NCBI GenBank assembly: GCA_965199955.1
Contig: CBDATQ010000001.1
Span: 960,001-1,024,000, forward strand
Source: Spirochaetia bacterium
GTDB lineage: Bacteria > Spirochaetota > Spirochaetia > SZUA-6 > Bin103
Length of the DNA: 64,000 nt
Direction: 5' to 3'
The position numbers and the translations under genes are program-made. Each line of letters starts with the position of its first letter. Position 1 is the first letter of the stretch. Positions 37,054 to 48,953 of the stretch are shown piece after piece. The notes under the pieces were generated by a model. That model had not been told where the DNA came from. It worked only from the letters and a program-made list of their open reading frames with translations, and searched no databases.

Positions 37054-37956
37054 ATGGCTCCACGATCGAGCTGGAAGGCGTTCCTGAAGTTGAGCCTGGT
37101 GTCCATGCCGGTGCGCGGATTCACGGCGAGCAAGTCGGGCGGCGACATCCGACTGAACCAGTTGCACAAGGATTGCAACACCCGCGTCAAGTACCAGAAG
37201 GTCTGTCCCGAGCACGGCGAGCTCGCCTCCGACCAGATCGTCAAGGGCTACGAGCACAGCAAGGGCGAGTACGTCATCATCGAGGACGACGAGCTGGAGA
37301 AGCTGCGCACGCAGAGCGACCACTCGATCAACATCGAGGGGTTCATCCCGCCCGACGCGGTGGACCCAGTATATCACGCGGGCCGCACCTACTACCTGGT
37401 CCCCGACGGCACGCCGGGGCAGAAGCCGTACGCCCTGCTGCACCGCGGCATGCAGGAGAACGGCGTGCACGCTCTGGCACAGGTGGTGATCAGCGGGCGC
37501 GAACAGATCGTGCTGCTGCGGCCGATCGGCGACCTGTTGGGGCTCACGGTGCTGTATCACCACGCCAAGGTGCAGTCGTCCGAGTCGCTGCGCGAAGAGG
37601 TGGTCGACGTGGAGGTCTCCGACCAGGAGCTGACGCTGGCCAACACCCTGATCGGCGCCTCCCGGATGCAGGACTTCGACCTGGCCTCCTACGACGACCG
37701 CTACCACACCAAGCTGACCGAGCTGATCCGCATGAAGGTGGAGGGGCAGGAGGTGGTCCAGGCCGAGGACGCGGAGGAGCCGAAGATCATCAACCTCATG
37801 GAAGCCCTCAAGAAGAGCGTCGCCGAGGCGCAGAAGGCCGGCACGACCGCCGAGGCCCCGGCCGCCGCACAGTCCCCGGCCGCCGGCGAGTCGCCGAAGA
37901 AGATGGCGCCGAGCGCGGGAGCGCGCCACCCGGCGGCGAAGAAGAAGGCGGTGTAG
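37054..37956 (+). CDS. ku: non-homologous end-joining protein Ku
   Basis: RSSWKAFLKLSLVSMPV, NQLH, IVKGYE, YDDRY, IINLMEALKKSV, Ala/Lys-rich tail; TGcTACAAT extended -10 near 37000. Confidence 0.95.
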   Translation: MAPRSSWKAFLKLSLVSMPVRGFTASKSGGDIRLNQLHKDCNTRVKYQKVCPEHGELASDQIVKGYEHSKGEYVIIEDDELEKLRTQSDHSINIEGFIPPDAVDPVYHAGRTYYLVPDGTPGQKPYALLHRGMQENGVHALAQVVISGREQIVLLRPIGDLLGLTVLYHHAKVQSSESLREEVVDVEVSDQELTLANTLIGASRMQDFDLASYDDRYHTKLTELIRMKVEGQEVVQAEDAEEPKIINLMEALKKSVAEAQKAGTTAEAPAAAQSPAAGESPKKMAPSAGARHPAAKKKAV

Positions 37957-37990
37957 GCATCTGCCGGACCTGCCGCGTCTCATTGCTCCG

Positions 37991-38863
37991 ATGCTGGCCA
38001 CCAGCGGCAGTCCGTTCGATTCCGCGGATCACCTGTTCGAGCTCAAGTGGGACGGGTTCCGCACCATGGCGCACGTCGAACACCGCTCGCTGCGGCTGAT
38101 CAGCCGCGGCGGCCGCGACGTGACCGCCCAATACCCGGAGCTCGCTCCCCTGGCCGCGCTGCCCGACGGCAGCGTGGTCGACGGCGAGATCGTCGCCCTG
38201 GACGCCGACGGCGTGCCCGACTTCGAGTCCCTGCAGCCGCGGGATCAGGCACGCGGTGCGCGGCGTGCCGAGGCACTGGCGGCGCGGCAGCCGGTCGGGT
38301 TCATCGCCTTCGATCTGCTCTACCGGGACTTCCAGCCGGTCATGGCGGACCCGCTGCGCGTCCGCCGGGAACGGCTGCTGCAGCTCGATACCCCGGAGCC
38401 GATGGCGATCTCGGAGGCGATCCGGACGGAAGGGCGCACGCTGTACGAGCGCGCGTGCGCGAGGGGCATGGAAGGGATCATGGGCAAGCGCCTGGACAGC
38501 CCGTATCGGCCCGGGAGGCGCTCGGACGCGTGGACCAAGATGAAGCGGCGGCTGCACGCCCTGTGCGCGATCGTCGGTTACCTGCCGCAGGAGACCGGAG
38601 ACATCCAGAGCGTCGCGGTGGCGATGGACCGCGACGGCGTGCTGACCTATGCCGGCCGGGTCGGCACCGGCTATGGCGAGGACGAGCGGCTGCGTCTTGC
38701 GCGCCTGCTGCGCAGGCGCGTGACCGATGGTGCGCTGGTCGAGATGCCGGCCGGCGCTCTGGCCGTACGGCCCGGCCTCTACTGCGAGGTCAGCTTCGTG
38801 GAGCAGACGCGTGCCGGTGTCCTGCGGGCGCCAGTGTTCGAGCGGCTGATCGAGGAGGCGTAG
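37991..38863 (+). CDS. ATP-dependent DNA ligase (LigD/LigC-type ligase domains only)
   Basis: ELKWDGFR, VDGEIV, AFDLL, EGIMGK, YRPGRRS..WTKMK, GRVGTG, LRAPVF. Confidence 0.9.
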   Translation: MLATSGSPFDSADHLFELKWDGFRTMAHVEHRSLRLISRGGRDVTAQYPELAPLAALPDGSVVDGEIVALDADGVPDFESLQPRDQARGARRAEALAARQPVGFIAFDLLYRDFQPVMADPLRVRRERLLQLDTPEPMAISEAIRTEGRTLYERACARGMEGIMGKRLDSPYRPGRRSDAWTKMKRRLHALCAIVGYLPQETGDIQSVAVAMDRDGVLTYAGRVGTGYGEDERLRLARLLRRRVTDGALVEMPAGALAVRPGLYCEVSFVEQTRAGVLRAPVFERLIEEA

Positions 38864-38865
38864 CC

Positions 38866-39798
38866 ATGAGCGAGGCGGTCGTGTCGCGGTTCACGACGGC
38901 GCAGCTCGCTCGCATCCTGGACCTGCCGCCAAGCGAGATCCGCCGCTGGGTGCGGAGCGGGCTGCTGCAGCGGGCACGGGGGGAAGGGCGGTCGGCGTCC
39001 TTCGACTTCAGGGACGTCGCCACCTCCCGCGCAGTGGCCGCGCTGACCCGCGCCGGCGTCACCACGCGGCAACTCAAGCGGTCGTTGCGCCAGATCGGCC
39101 GATGGCTGCCGAATGCGGACGACGTGCTCCCTCACCTGGAGGCAGCCGGGGACGGCGTCGGGGTGCGGGTGCGCCTGCGCTCCGGCGAGGCTGCCGAGCC
39201 TTCGGGTCAACTCCTGCTGGACTTCGCCGCCGAAGGCGATGGCGCCCGGCCGGCCGAGGAGCGGATCGTCGAGCTCTGCCCGCAGTCGGGCGCGGAGGCG
39301 CTACCGGACCCGGACGGCGCCGAGGCGTGGTTCGACGCCGGCGTGCACGCGGACGAGGCCGGCGCCCACGAGCAGGCGGTGGACGCATACGCGCAGGCGA
39401 TCGAGCGCGGTGCCGACTCCGCCGAGGTCTACTACAACCTGGGCAACGCCCGGTACGCGCTCGGCCGCGCCGCCGAAGCGGCTTCCAGCTATCTGCGCGC
39501 GGTCGAGCGGGAGCCGGACTACGTCGCTGCATGGAACAACCTGGGCAACGCCCTCATCGACACCGGCCGTGCCGCCGAAGCGGTCGACGCCTATCGCCGC
39601 GCGCTCGCCGTGGACCCGCACTACGCCGACGCGCACAGCAACTTGGCCGAGGCGTGCGTGCAGCTCGGCCGCACCCAGGAGGCGCGTCAGCATTGGCAGG
39701 CGTATCTGCGCACGGATCCGCACAGCACCTGGGCCGAGCAGGTCCGCCGGAAGCTGCTCTCGCTCCAGCCGCTGCCGGAGCTGGACATCCCCTTCTGA
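38866..39798 (+). CDS. MerR-like HTH + TPR protein
   Basis: FTTAQLARILDL..IRRWVRSGLL..FDFRDV (MerR-like); TPRs YYNLGN, WNNLGN, AHSNLA; GAGGAGG RBS; ATG 2 nt after ligase stop. Confidence 0.85.
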   Translation: MSEAVVSRFTTAQLARILDLPPSEIRRWVRSGLLQRARGEGRSASFDFRDVATSRAVAALTRAGVTTRQLKRSLRQIGRWLPNADDVLPHLEAAGDGVGVRVRLRSGEAAEPSGQLLLDFAAEGDGARPAEERIVELCPQSGAEALPDPDGAEAWFDAGVHADEAGAHEQAVDAYAQAIERGADSAEVYYNLGNARYALGRAAEAASSYLRAVEREPDYVAAWNNLGNALIDTGRAAEAVDAYRRALAVDPHYADAHSNLAEACVQLGRTQEARQHWQAYLRTDPHSTWAEQVRRKLLSLQPLPELDIPF

Positions 39799-39823
39799 AC
39801 GCTGCCGGTGGGGAGGTGCGGCG

Positions 39824-42535
<2,712 letters not shown>

Positions 42536-42566
42536 TCCAGCCTGCGCGGGCGAGGGGACGGCGGCC

Positions 42567-43343
42567 TCAGGAGGACTCGGCGGCCAGCAGATCGTCGAAT
42601 ACGTCCCGGCCGCGCTGCAACTCGTTGATCATGCCCATGAACTCGCTGCCCTGCACCAGGAGCCGAGCGCCCTTGGCGTGGATGTCGGCGGTCAACGGCA
42701 CGTCGCCCGGCCGTCCCCACGCCTTGCCGTGGCGCGCCGCGGCGGCGGCCACCCGATCGGTGGCGGCGTCGATGTCCAGGTCTCCTTCGTGGTGCCGGAT
42801 GCGCAGGGTCAGGTCGGCGGGGCCGATGAACAGCCCGTCGACGCCCTCCACCGCCGCGATCGCGTCGGCGTTCTCGACCGCCTGCGGGGTCTCGATCTGC
42901 ACCACCACGAAGGTCTCGCGATTGACGTCCTCCGCGTAGGTCTCACCGGCGTCCAGGTAGTAGTCGCCGTCCAGGCCGGCGCCGTCCATGCCGCGGCTGC
43001 CGGTCGGCGGGAACTTGACCGCCTGCACGATCTGGTGCGCCCGCTCCGGGGTGTTGACCAGCGGGAACATCATGCCCGTGGCTCCGTCCTCCAGCACGCG
43101 GTAGAGCTGGGCGCCGTCGACCAGCGGCACGCGCACCATCACGTCGATGTCGACCAGGTGCGACAGCACCAGCAGCGACTGCAGCTCGCGCTGCTCCATC
43201 GCGCGATGCTCCAGGTCCAGCCAGATGCAGTCGAAGCCCAGGTGCGCGGCGTGGCGCATGAACGCGGGGATGTAGTGGCCGAGCCCGCAGATGCGCACGG
43301 CGCGTCCGGCGCGCAGCTTGGCCAGGGTCTTGCTGACTCTCAT
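42567..43343 (-). CDS. HpcH/HpaI aldolase family
   Basis: WLDLEH, KFPPTGSRG, QIET, FIGPADL. Confidence 0.9.
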   Translation of the reverse strand: MRVSKTLAKLRAGRAVRICGLGHYIPAFMRHAAHLGFDCIWLDLEHRAMEQRELQSLLVLSHLVDIDVMVRVPLVDGAQLYRVLEDGATGMMFPLVNTPERAHQIVQAVKFPPTGSRGMDGAGLDGDYYLDAGETYAEDVNRETFVVVQIETPQAVENADAIAAVEGVDGLFIGPADLTLRIRHHEGDLDIDAATDRVAAAAARHGKAWGRPGDVPLTADIHAKGARLLVQGSEFMGMINELQRGRDVFDDLLAAESS

Positions 43344-43364
43344 GATGAGCTCCTCTCGTTTCTC

Positions 43365-43667
43365 TCAGGTCTCGTCCACGAAGGGAATCTGGTTCGCTTC
43401 GCAGAACTTCCTGGCGCCGTCCAGGTAGCCGTCGAACAGCTCCTGGTTCCGGCGCCGGCGCATAAGCAGCGGATCCACGGTGCCGCGCACGTGCAGCTCA
43501 AGCACGTCGTCGTCCACGAACCGGTAGACGGCGAACGCCCGCTTCCTGGTCAGCCGGAACCGGACCAGGTCGTCGCAGCTCAGGTTGTGCACGGCCGGTT
43601 TCTTGGCTTCCGTGTCGATCAGTACCAGCTCGGTCTTGTCGAAGGTCAGTCGTGGGCGGGGTGCCAT
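43365..43667 (-). CDS. hypothetical protein
   Basis: 100-aa ORF filling the gap, protein-like composition, TACGGT 5 nt upstream. Confidence 0.6.
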   Translation of the reverse strand: MAPRPRLTFDKTELVLIDTEAKKPAVHNLSCDDLVRFRLTRKRAFAVYRFVDDDVLELHVRGTVDPLLMRRRRNQELFDGYLDGARKFCEANQIPFVDET

Positions 43668-43695
43668 GCCGTACCGTACCCCGATGCGGCCGGCG

Positions 43696-43992
43696 CTATC
43701 GATCCCCGGCGGCGCTGCCGGGCACGGAGGTCAGCTTCGGATCCCACTCCGCGGTGAGCTCGGCGACGACCTCGTCCAGCACCTGCCGGGTGCTTCCGTC
43801 ACGGGCCGTTCGCGGCCCCCACTTCCACTGCTCCAGGTAGGCGTCGCTGCCGGCCAGCCCCTCGCGCATGGCGACCCGGTCGATCTCGGTCTGGTAGCGG
43901 TCGGGCATCGTCGCCGACTGCGTTCCCTCCTCGCCGTACACCTTCACCTGCGCGGGAATGCCGCCCCAGGACAGCACCTTGTACTCGGCCAT
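43696..43992 (-). CDS. Virulence_fact (Cvf-like) small protein
   Basis: WGGIPAQV..DRYQTEIDRVAMREG..DAYLEQW. Confidence 0.75.
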   Translation of the reverse strand: MAEYKVLSWGGIPAQVKVYGEEGTQSATMPDRYQTEIDRVAMREGLAGSDAYLEQWKWGPRTARDGSTRQVLDEVVAELTAEWDPKLTSVPGSAAGDR

Positions 43993-43995
43993 GGC

Positions 43996-45036
43996 TCATG
44001 CCTCCTCGTTGAGGTGTCCCCGGCGGTGCGCGCGCAGGAACGCCTTGCAGCGGTCGTCGCGGCCGAGCAGCAGATCTTCGGCCATGCGGTAGCGGACCGA
44101 CTCGCGGTCCATGCCGCGCACCTCGTCCAGGTGGCTGGTCACCGGATCGACGATGCCGGAGTCGGCGCCGGCCTGCAGCGCCAACAGCAGGAACACGTCG
44201 TTGATCAGCCGCCGCTGCGGCATCCCGAACGACACGTTGCTGAAGCCGCCGGTGATGTGGATGTCGGGTCCGAAGCGGCCGCGGATCGTGCGGATGGCGT
44301 CCAGGCAGTGGTTGCCGAACTCGATGTCGACCGAGATCGGGAAGACCAGCGGGTCGACGAAGATGTCGGACGCCGCGATCCCCTTGCCGAGCGCTGCCTC
44401 GATGATGCGCGTGGCGTTGTCCGCCCGCTCGCCGGCGCCGGCCGGCATGCCGGACTCGCCGGCGGCGGTGACCACCACGCGCGTGTCGAATCGCTTCACG
44501 TCGTCCAGTACGTCGATCCGCTCCAGGGACGCCGAGTTCATCAGCGGCCGGCCCGCCCGGCCGGCGTCGACCACCTCCAGCCCGGTACGGATCGTGTCGC
44601 TGTTGGAGGAGTCGATCGATAGCGGCGTCGAACCGGTGTCCTGCACCATGCCGGCCAGCCACGCCATGGCGTGCTGCTGCTCGTCCGGCTTGAGCGACAC
44701 CTCGTCGACGTTCAGGTCCAGGTAGTCCGCGCCGGCGCGCTCCTGGCGCTGCACCAGCGTAGCCAAGTACTCGAGCGCGATCGGGGCGTCGGGGCCGCCG
44801 GCCATCGCCGTGCGCACCGCGATGCCCACGTGCTTGACGCGGCCTTCCTCGTAGTCCTGCCCGCGCTTGACGTCGTCCGGGATCGGCAGGTAACCGCTCT
44901 CGCGGCCGCGGTCCCTGAAGCGCACCGACTCGCGCCCGTCCGGCGCCTCCACGATGCGCTTGCCGCGGCGCAACAGCACCCGGGTGGTGTGTATGTTTTC
45001 GCCTATAGTCGTGAATCGTCCGTTGTCGTCGCCCAA
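43996..45036 (-). CDS. pterin-binding methyltetrahydrofolate:corrinoid methyltransferase (AcsE/MetH-Fol-like)
   Basis: IGENIHTTR, GADYLDLNVD, LSIDSS, MNSAS, FVDPL, GGFSNVSFGMPQR. Confidence 0.85.
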   Translation of the reverse strand: MGDDNGRFTTIGENIHTTRVLLRRGKRIVEAPDGRESVRFRDRGRESGYLPIPDDVKRGQDYEEGRVKHVGIAVRTAMAGGPDAPIALEYLATLVQRQERAGADYLDLNVDEVSLKPDEQQHAMAWLAGMVQDTGSTPLSIDSSNSDTIRTGLEVVDAGRAGRPLMNSASLERIDVLDDVKRFDTRVVVTAAGESGMPAGAGERADNATRIIEAALGKGIAASDIFVDPLVFPISVDIEFGNHCLDAIRTIRGRFGPDIHITGGFSNVSFGMPQRRLINDVFLLLALQAGADSGIVDPVTSHLDEVRGMDRESVRYRMAEDLLLGRDDRCKAFLRAHRRGHLNEEA

Positions 45037-45068
45037 ACCTGTTGCTCCTGGTGGTTCTCGTTCCGTTG

Positions 45069-47066
45069 TCAGCGCCGTGCGGCGCCGAGCTGCATCGGCT
45101 CGAACCGGCAGCCGTCAACGAACAGTTCGAAGAAGTCCGGCTCCAGCTCCAGCTCGACATGCTCGATGCGTTGCGCCAGCGCGTCGATGCGCTCGCGTTC
45201 GGGCTCGGAGAGTAGCGCGATGCGAGCCCCCTCGACCGCGGCGTTGCCGACCTTTTCGATCCGGTCGGCCGCAACGGGTGCCAGCATGCCGATATCGATG
45301 GCGTTGCGCTCGTTCACGTAGGTGGCGAACCCGCCGGCCAGGTAGAGCCGGTGCAGCTCTGCCGGCTCGATACCGAAGTGTCGCATGGCGATCACCTGGC
45401 CGCAGTAGTTGGCCGCCTTGGCCTGCGCCAGCGCGCTGGCGCAGGCGCGCGAGAAGGTGATGCGGTCCGGCACCACGTCGATCTCCTTGAGCCGCCGGTC
45501 GGCGGTGAACACCCCCTTGGGCGTGATCATGCCGTGCCGTCGCAGCTCCGCGACCAGGTCGATCAGGCCGGAACCGCAGATTCCTTCCGGCGGAGCATCG
45601 CCGATGGTGTGGAATGAGAATCCCCCATCCTTCCAGGCCAGCGACTCGATGGCGCCGTCGTAGGCGGGCATGCCGTGGGTGATCAGCCCGCCCTCGAACG
45701 CGGGGCCGGCCGGGCAGGACGCGGCGATCAGCCGGTCGCGGTGGCCGACCACGACCTCGGTGTTGGTGCCCACGTCGACCAGCATCACCGGCCGTTCGGC
45801 GTCGGCCATGCCGATCGCCAGCAGGCAGGCGACGGTGTCGGCGCCGACGTGGCTGCCGATGATGGGCAGGCCGACCACGCGGGCGCGCGGGTTCAGGTGC
45901 AGGCCGAGCTGCCGCGCGGGCGCCTGCAGCGTGGTGGTGGCGCGGCGGCCGGCGCGGAAGTCCGCCTCAACGCTGGAGCGGTACGGACGCTGGCCCAGCC
46001 CCTGAACGTCCAGCCCGAACAGGATGTCGCGCATGGTCGGATTGCCGGCGACGACGATCTCCGTCACCGAGGTGCGCCGGAACCCGCAGGAGCGGGCGAC
46101 CGTGCGGATCTCGGTGTTGATGGCGCTGACGATGGCGTGCTGCAGCTCGCCGGTGAAGCTGCCGGCCGCGTAGGAGATGCGGTGCATGATGTCGGAGCCC
46201 GCGAACCCCTGCGGGTTGGCGAAGGAGGCGGTGACGATGGTCGCTTCCGCTTCCAGGTCGATCACCTTCATCACCACGGTGGTGGTGCCCAGGTCGATGG
46301 CGAGGCCGAGCTCGTGTCCGGGGAAGCGGTCCCGCGGGGAGGCGGAGCCGGGGCTGCCGTCGGTCCGAAGCTCCGCGTCGAGGGTGCGCTCGCGGCCGGC
46401 GCCGCTGCCGTCGGTGAGGATGCGCGGCGAGCGGCGCAGCGGCTGGAACGCCACCTCGGCGCAGCGGTCCGTGACCTCGGTCTGGCACGCCAGTCGGAAC
46501 GGGTCCTGCAGGAAGCGCTCCGCTTCCGTGCGGGGGCTCAGCCCGTCGAGGCCGGCATCGACACGCACCACGCACTCGTGGCAGATGCCGGTGCGCGCGC
46601 AGGAGCTGGGGACGCGCATCGACGCGCGGTCCGCGTAGTCGAACAGCGTGGCGCCTGCCACCGGGCTCAGCCGTTCGGCGCCGCACGTCACGCTCCCCGA
46701 TCCGTGGTGGTCCGCGTCGACCTCCTCGCCCGCACGTCGTCGCTGTCGCTCCGGCGTGCGCCCAGCCGGCCGTTCCTGGGAGCTCACCGCTATCGCGTCG
46801 ACTTCCCAAGCACTTCGATAGTCGAGCTTGTCGTCGCCCGCACAGAGGAAGCGGAGCCTGTCCGTCCCCGACGCGAAGCGCGGGTCGTCGGCTTCGGGGC
46901 GCCTCTGGTTGCGGCAGCCGAACGCGGCGGTGCAGCGGTCGTGCCGGTCCTTGTACGGACAGCGCCACGTCGCCTGGACGCTGGCGTGGTCGGCGATCGG
47001 CGCCAGCACCGCGCTGAGGCGGTCAAGGCGCTGCTGCCATGCCTCCGCTTCCAGGCCCGCCGCCAC
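45069..47066 (-). CDS. ASKHA-type reductive activator of corrinoid proteins (RACo/DUF4445) with extra Cys-rich N-terminus
   Basis: 2Fe-2S SCARTGICHEC..RLAC; IDLGTTT; NPQ..GSDIMHRI; DVGTNTE; AGPAFEG; GICGSG; LAGGF. Confidence 0.9.
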   Translation of the reverse strand: MAAGLEAEAWQQRLDRLSAVLAPIADHASVQATWRCPYKDRHDRCTAAFGCRNQRRPEADDPRFASGTDRLRFLCAGDDKLDYRSAWEVDAIAVSSQERPAGRTPERQRRRAGEEVDADHHGSGSVTCGAERLSPVAGATLFDYADRASMRVPSSCARTGICHECVVRVDAGLDGLSPRTEAERFLQDPFRLACQTEVTDRCAEVAFQPLRRSPRILTDGSGAGRERTLDAELRTDGSPGSASPRDRFPGHELGLAIDLGTTTVVMKVIDLEAEATIVTASFANPQGFAGSDIMHRISYAAGSFTGELQHAIVSAINTEIRTVARSCGFRRTSVTEIVVAGNPTMRDILFGLDVQGLGQRPYRSSVEADFRAGRRATTTLQAPARQLGLHLNPRARVVGLPIIGSHVGADTVACLLAIGMADAERPVMLVDVGTNTEVVVGHRDRLIAASCPAGPAFEGGLITHGMPAYDGAIESLAWKDGGFSFHTIGDAPPEGICGSGLIDLVAELRRHGMITPKGVFTADRRLKEIDVVPDRITFSRACASALAQAKAANYCGQVIAMRHFGIEPAELHRLYLAGGFATYVNERNAIDIGMLAPVAADRIEKVGNAAVEGARIALLSEPERERIDALAQRIEHVELELEPDFFELFVDGCRFEPMQLGAARR

Positions 47067-47100
47067 GGACCCTCCATCGTTCCCGGCGCCGGACGCCCGC

Positions 47101-47862
47101 TCAGTCGTCGACCTGCTCCCGTTCGACCATGAGCCGCTTGGCCAACTCCACGCAGGCGACCGCGTCCTTGCCGTAGCCGTCGGCGCCCATGTCGTCGGCG
47201 AACTCCTGCGTGACCGGGGCGCCGCCCACCATGATCTGCACGTCGTCGCGCAGGTCGGCGTCGATGAACGCCTCGATAGTCTTGCCCATGTTGGGCATGG
47301 TCGTGGTCAGCAGCGCCGACATGCCCATCAGCGGCGCCTCGTTCTCCTCCACCGCGTCGATGAACTCGTCGGCCGAGGTGTCGACGCCCAGGTCGATCAC
47401 CTCGAAGCCGGCGCCGCGCAGCAGCATGATGCACAGGTTCTTGCCGATGTCGTGCAGGTCGCCCTTGACCGTGCCCATCACCACCGTGCCCTGCGACGGC
47501 ACGCCGGACTCCGACAGGATCGGCTCGATGTGCGCCATGCCGGCCTTCATGGCGCGGGCGCACGCCAGCACCTCCGGCACGAAGATGATGTTCTCCCGGA
47601 ACTTGATGCCGACGATCCCCATGCCCGCGATCAGACCGTCGTCCATGATCTCGACCGCGGTGATGCCGCCGTCAAGCGCCTGCTTCGTCAGCTCGTCGAC
47701 CTCGTCGTCCTCTCCCTCGATGAGGGCCGCCGAGATCTCCTGCATCGCCGGCCGGGCGCGCGCGAACATCTCGATCATGCGCTCGCGCTCGTCGGGCCGC
47801 TCGATGAACTCCTCGATCTCCTCTCGGATCAACTCATTGTCGATGTCTTCGATCTGCGCCAT
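47101..47862 (-). CDS. corrinoid (B12)-binding protein (MtaC/MtbC-like)
   Basis: FVPEV cap, GDLHDIGKN, SALLTTT, GGAP. Confidence 0.95.
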   Translation of the reverse strand: MAQIEDIDNELIREEIEEFIERPDERERMIEMFARARPAMQEISAALIEGEDDEVDELTKQALDGGITAVEIMDDGLIAGMGIVGIKFRENIIFVPEVLACARAMKAGMAHIEPILSESGVPSQGTVVMGTVKGDLHDIGKNLCIMLLRGAGFEVIDLGVDTSADEFIDAVEENEAPLMGMSALLTTTMPNMGKTIEAFIDADLRDDVQIMVGGAPVTQEFADDMGADGYGKDAVACVELAKRLMVEREQVDD

Positions 47863-47905
47863 GGGTGGTTCCGTCCGTTCCTGTGGTGCGTGCTGATTCC
47901 GGCGG

Positions 47906-48925
47906 TCAGTTCGCGTACTGCCGAGACCAGTCGGCGACCGCCGCGGGGATGGCCTTGAGGTTGTCGAGCGGGGTCTGCAGCGGGATCGCGCACTCGGGCC
48001 CGACCAGCTTGATGCCGGCGTCCAGGTTCTTGCGCACCTCCGCCTGCACCTCCTCGGGGCCGCGGGCGAACAGCGTCTCCGGGTTGTTGACGTTGCCGAC
48101 CAGGGCGATGCGGTCGCCGGTCACCTCGATGGACTCGGCCGGGTCGTTCTTGGAGTCGTAGTGGAAGGCGGCGAAGCCGGTCTCGGCGATGTAGCCCATG
48201 CGGTCGATGGTCTTGCCGCAGATATGCAGGATGAGCGGGATCGGGATGCGTTCCACGAACTCGATGTGCAGGTCCCGCAGGAAGCGCCGGTAGTAGTCGC
48301 CCGACACCAAGTCGCCGGTGGCGTGGTCGGGCAGGGTCAGCGCGTCGGCGCCCGCCTCGATCTGGGCGACGCCGAAGTCGATGGTCGCCTCCTTTAGCCG
48401 GTCCAGGATCAGCTTGGTCTCGTCCGGGTCGTCCAGGGACAGCAGCAGGAAGCGCTCCACGCCGAAGCAGTGGTAGGCGAGCGACCACGGCCCCATGGTC
48501 TTGCCGATCACCGCCACCTCGTCGCCGTACTCCGCCTTCAGCCGGCGGATCGCGTCGAGCACGCAGGTGGTGTCCTGATGGGTGAGGAAGTCGCGCGGGA
48601 TGACGATGTCGTCCGGCGTCTCCCAGATTGGCTGGCTCATCTTCACGGTCGGCCAGTTGTCCTTCTGCTCCCACTGGATCTTGCAGCCGAGCGCGGAGGA
48701 GTCCTGGATGATCGAGAACACGGGCATGATGGTGTCGAAGCCCAGCTCGGTATGGCCCGTGGCCGCCAGGCGGGCCATCAGCTCGCCGTCGCGATTGGCA
48801 TCCGGGAACGGCGCATCCACCAAGTCCATCAACTCCACGGTCGCCACCGAGGTCGGGTTGCACACCGCCGGCCGGTCGACCGGCTCGCCGCGAAACGCCG
48901 CCAGCACCCGCTCCCTGCCTGTCAT
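47906..48925 (-). CDS. MtaA/CmuA family methyltransferase (URO-D fold)
   Basis: MTGRERV, GPWSLA, AGADAL, Zn motif LHICG..PECAI. Confidence 0.85.
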   Translation of the reverse strand: MTGRERVLAAFRGEPVDRPAVCNPTSVATVELMDLVDAPFPDANRDGELMARLAATGHTELGFDTIMPVFSIIQDSSALGCKIQWEQKDNWPTVKMSQPIWETPDDIVIPRDFLTHQDTTCVLDAIRRLKAEYGDEVAVIGKTMGPWSLAYHCFGVERFLLLSLDDPDETKLILDRLKEATIDFGVAQIEAGADALTLPDHATGDLVSGDYYRRFLRDLHIEFVERIPIPLILHICGKTIDRMGYIAETGFAAFHYDSKNDPAESIEVTGDRIALVGNVNNPETLFARGPEEVQAEVRKNLDAGIKLVGPECAIPLQTPLDNLKAIPAAVADWSRQYAN

Positions 48926-48953
48926 CGGTTTCCTCCGTTCATCGTCGCGCCCG

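Noticed and set aside
37054..37956. Ku as a prophage gene
   Set aside because: No phage genes nearby; it has the cellular basic C-terminal tail and a ligase partner.
43996..45036. Call as dihydropteroate synthase (folP)
   Set aside because: Context and the DP..SNVSFG motifs fit a pterin-binding methyltransferase; FolP NxTPDSFSDG motif absent.
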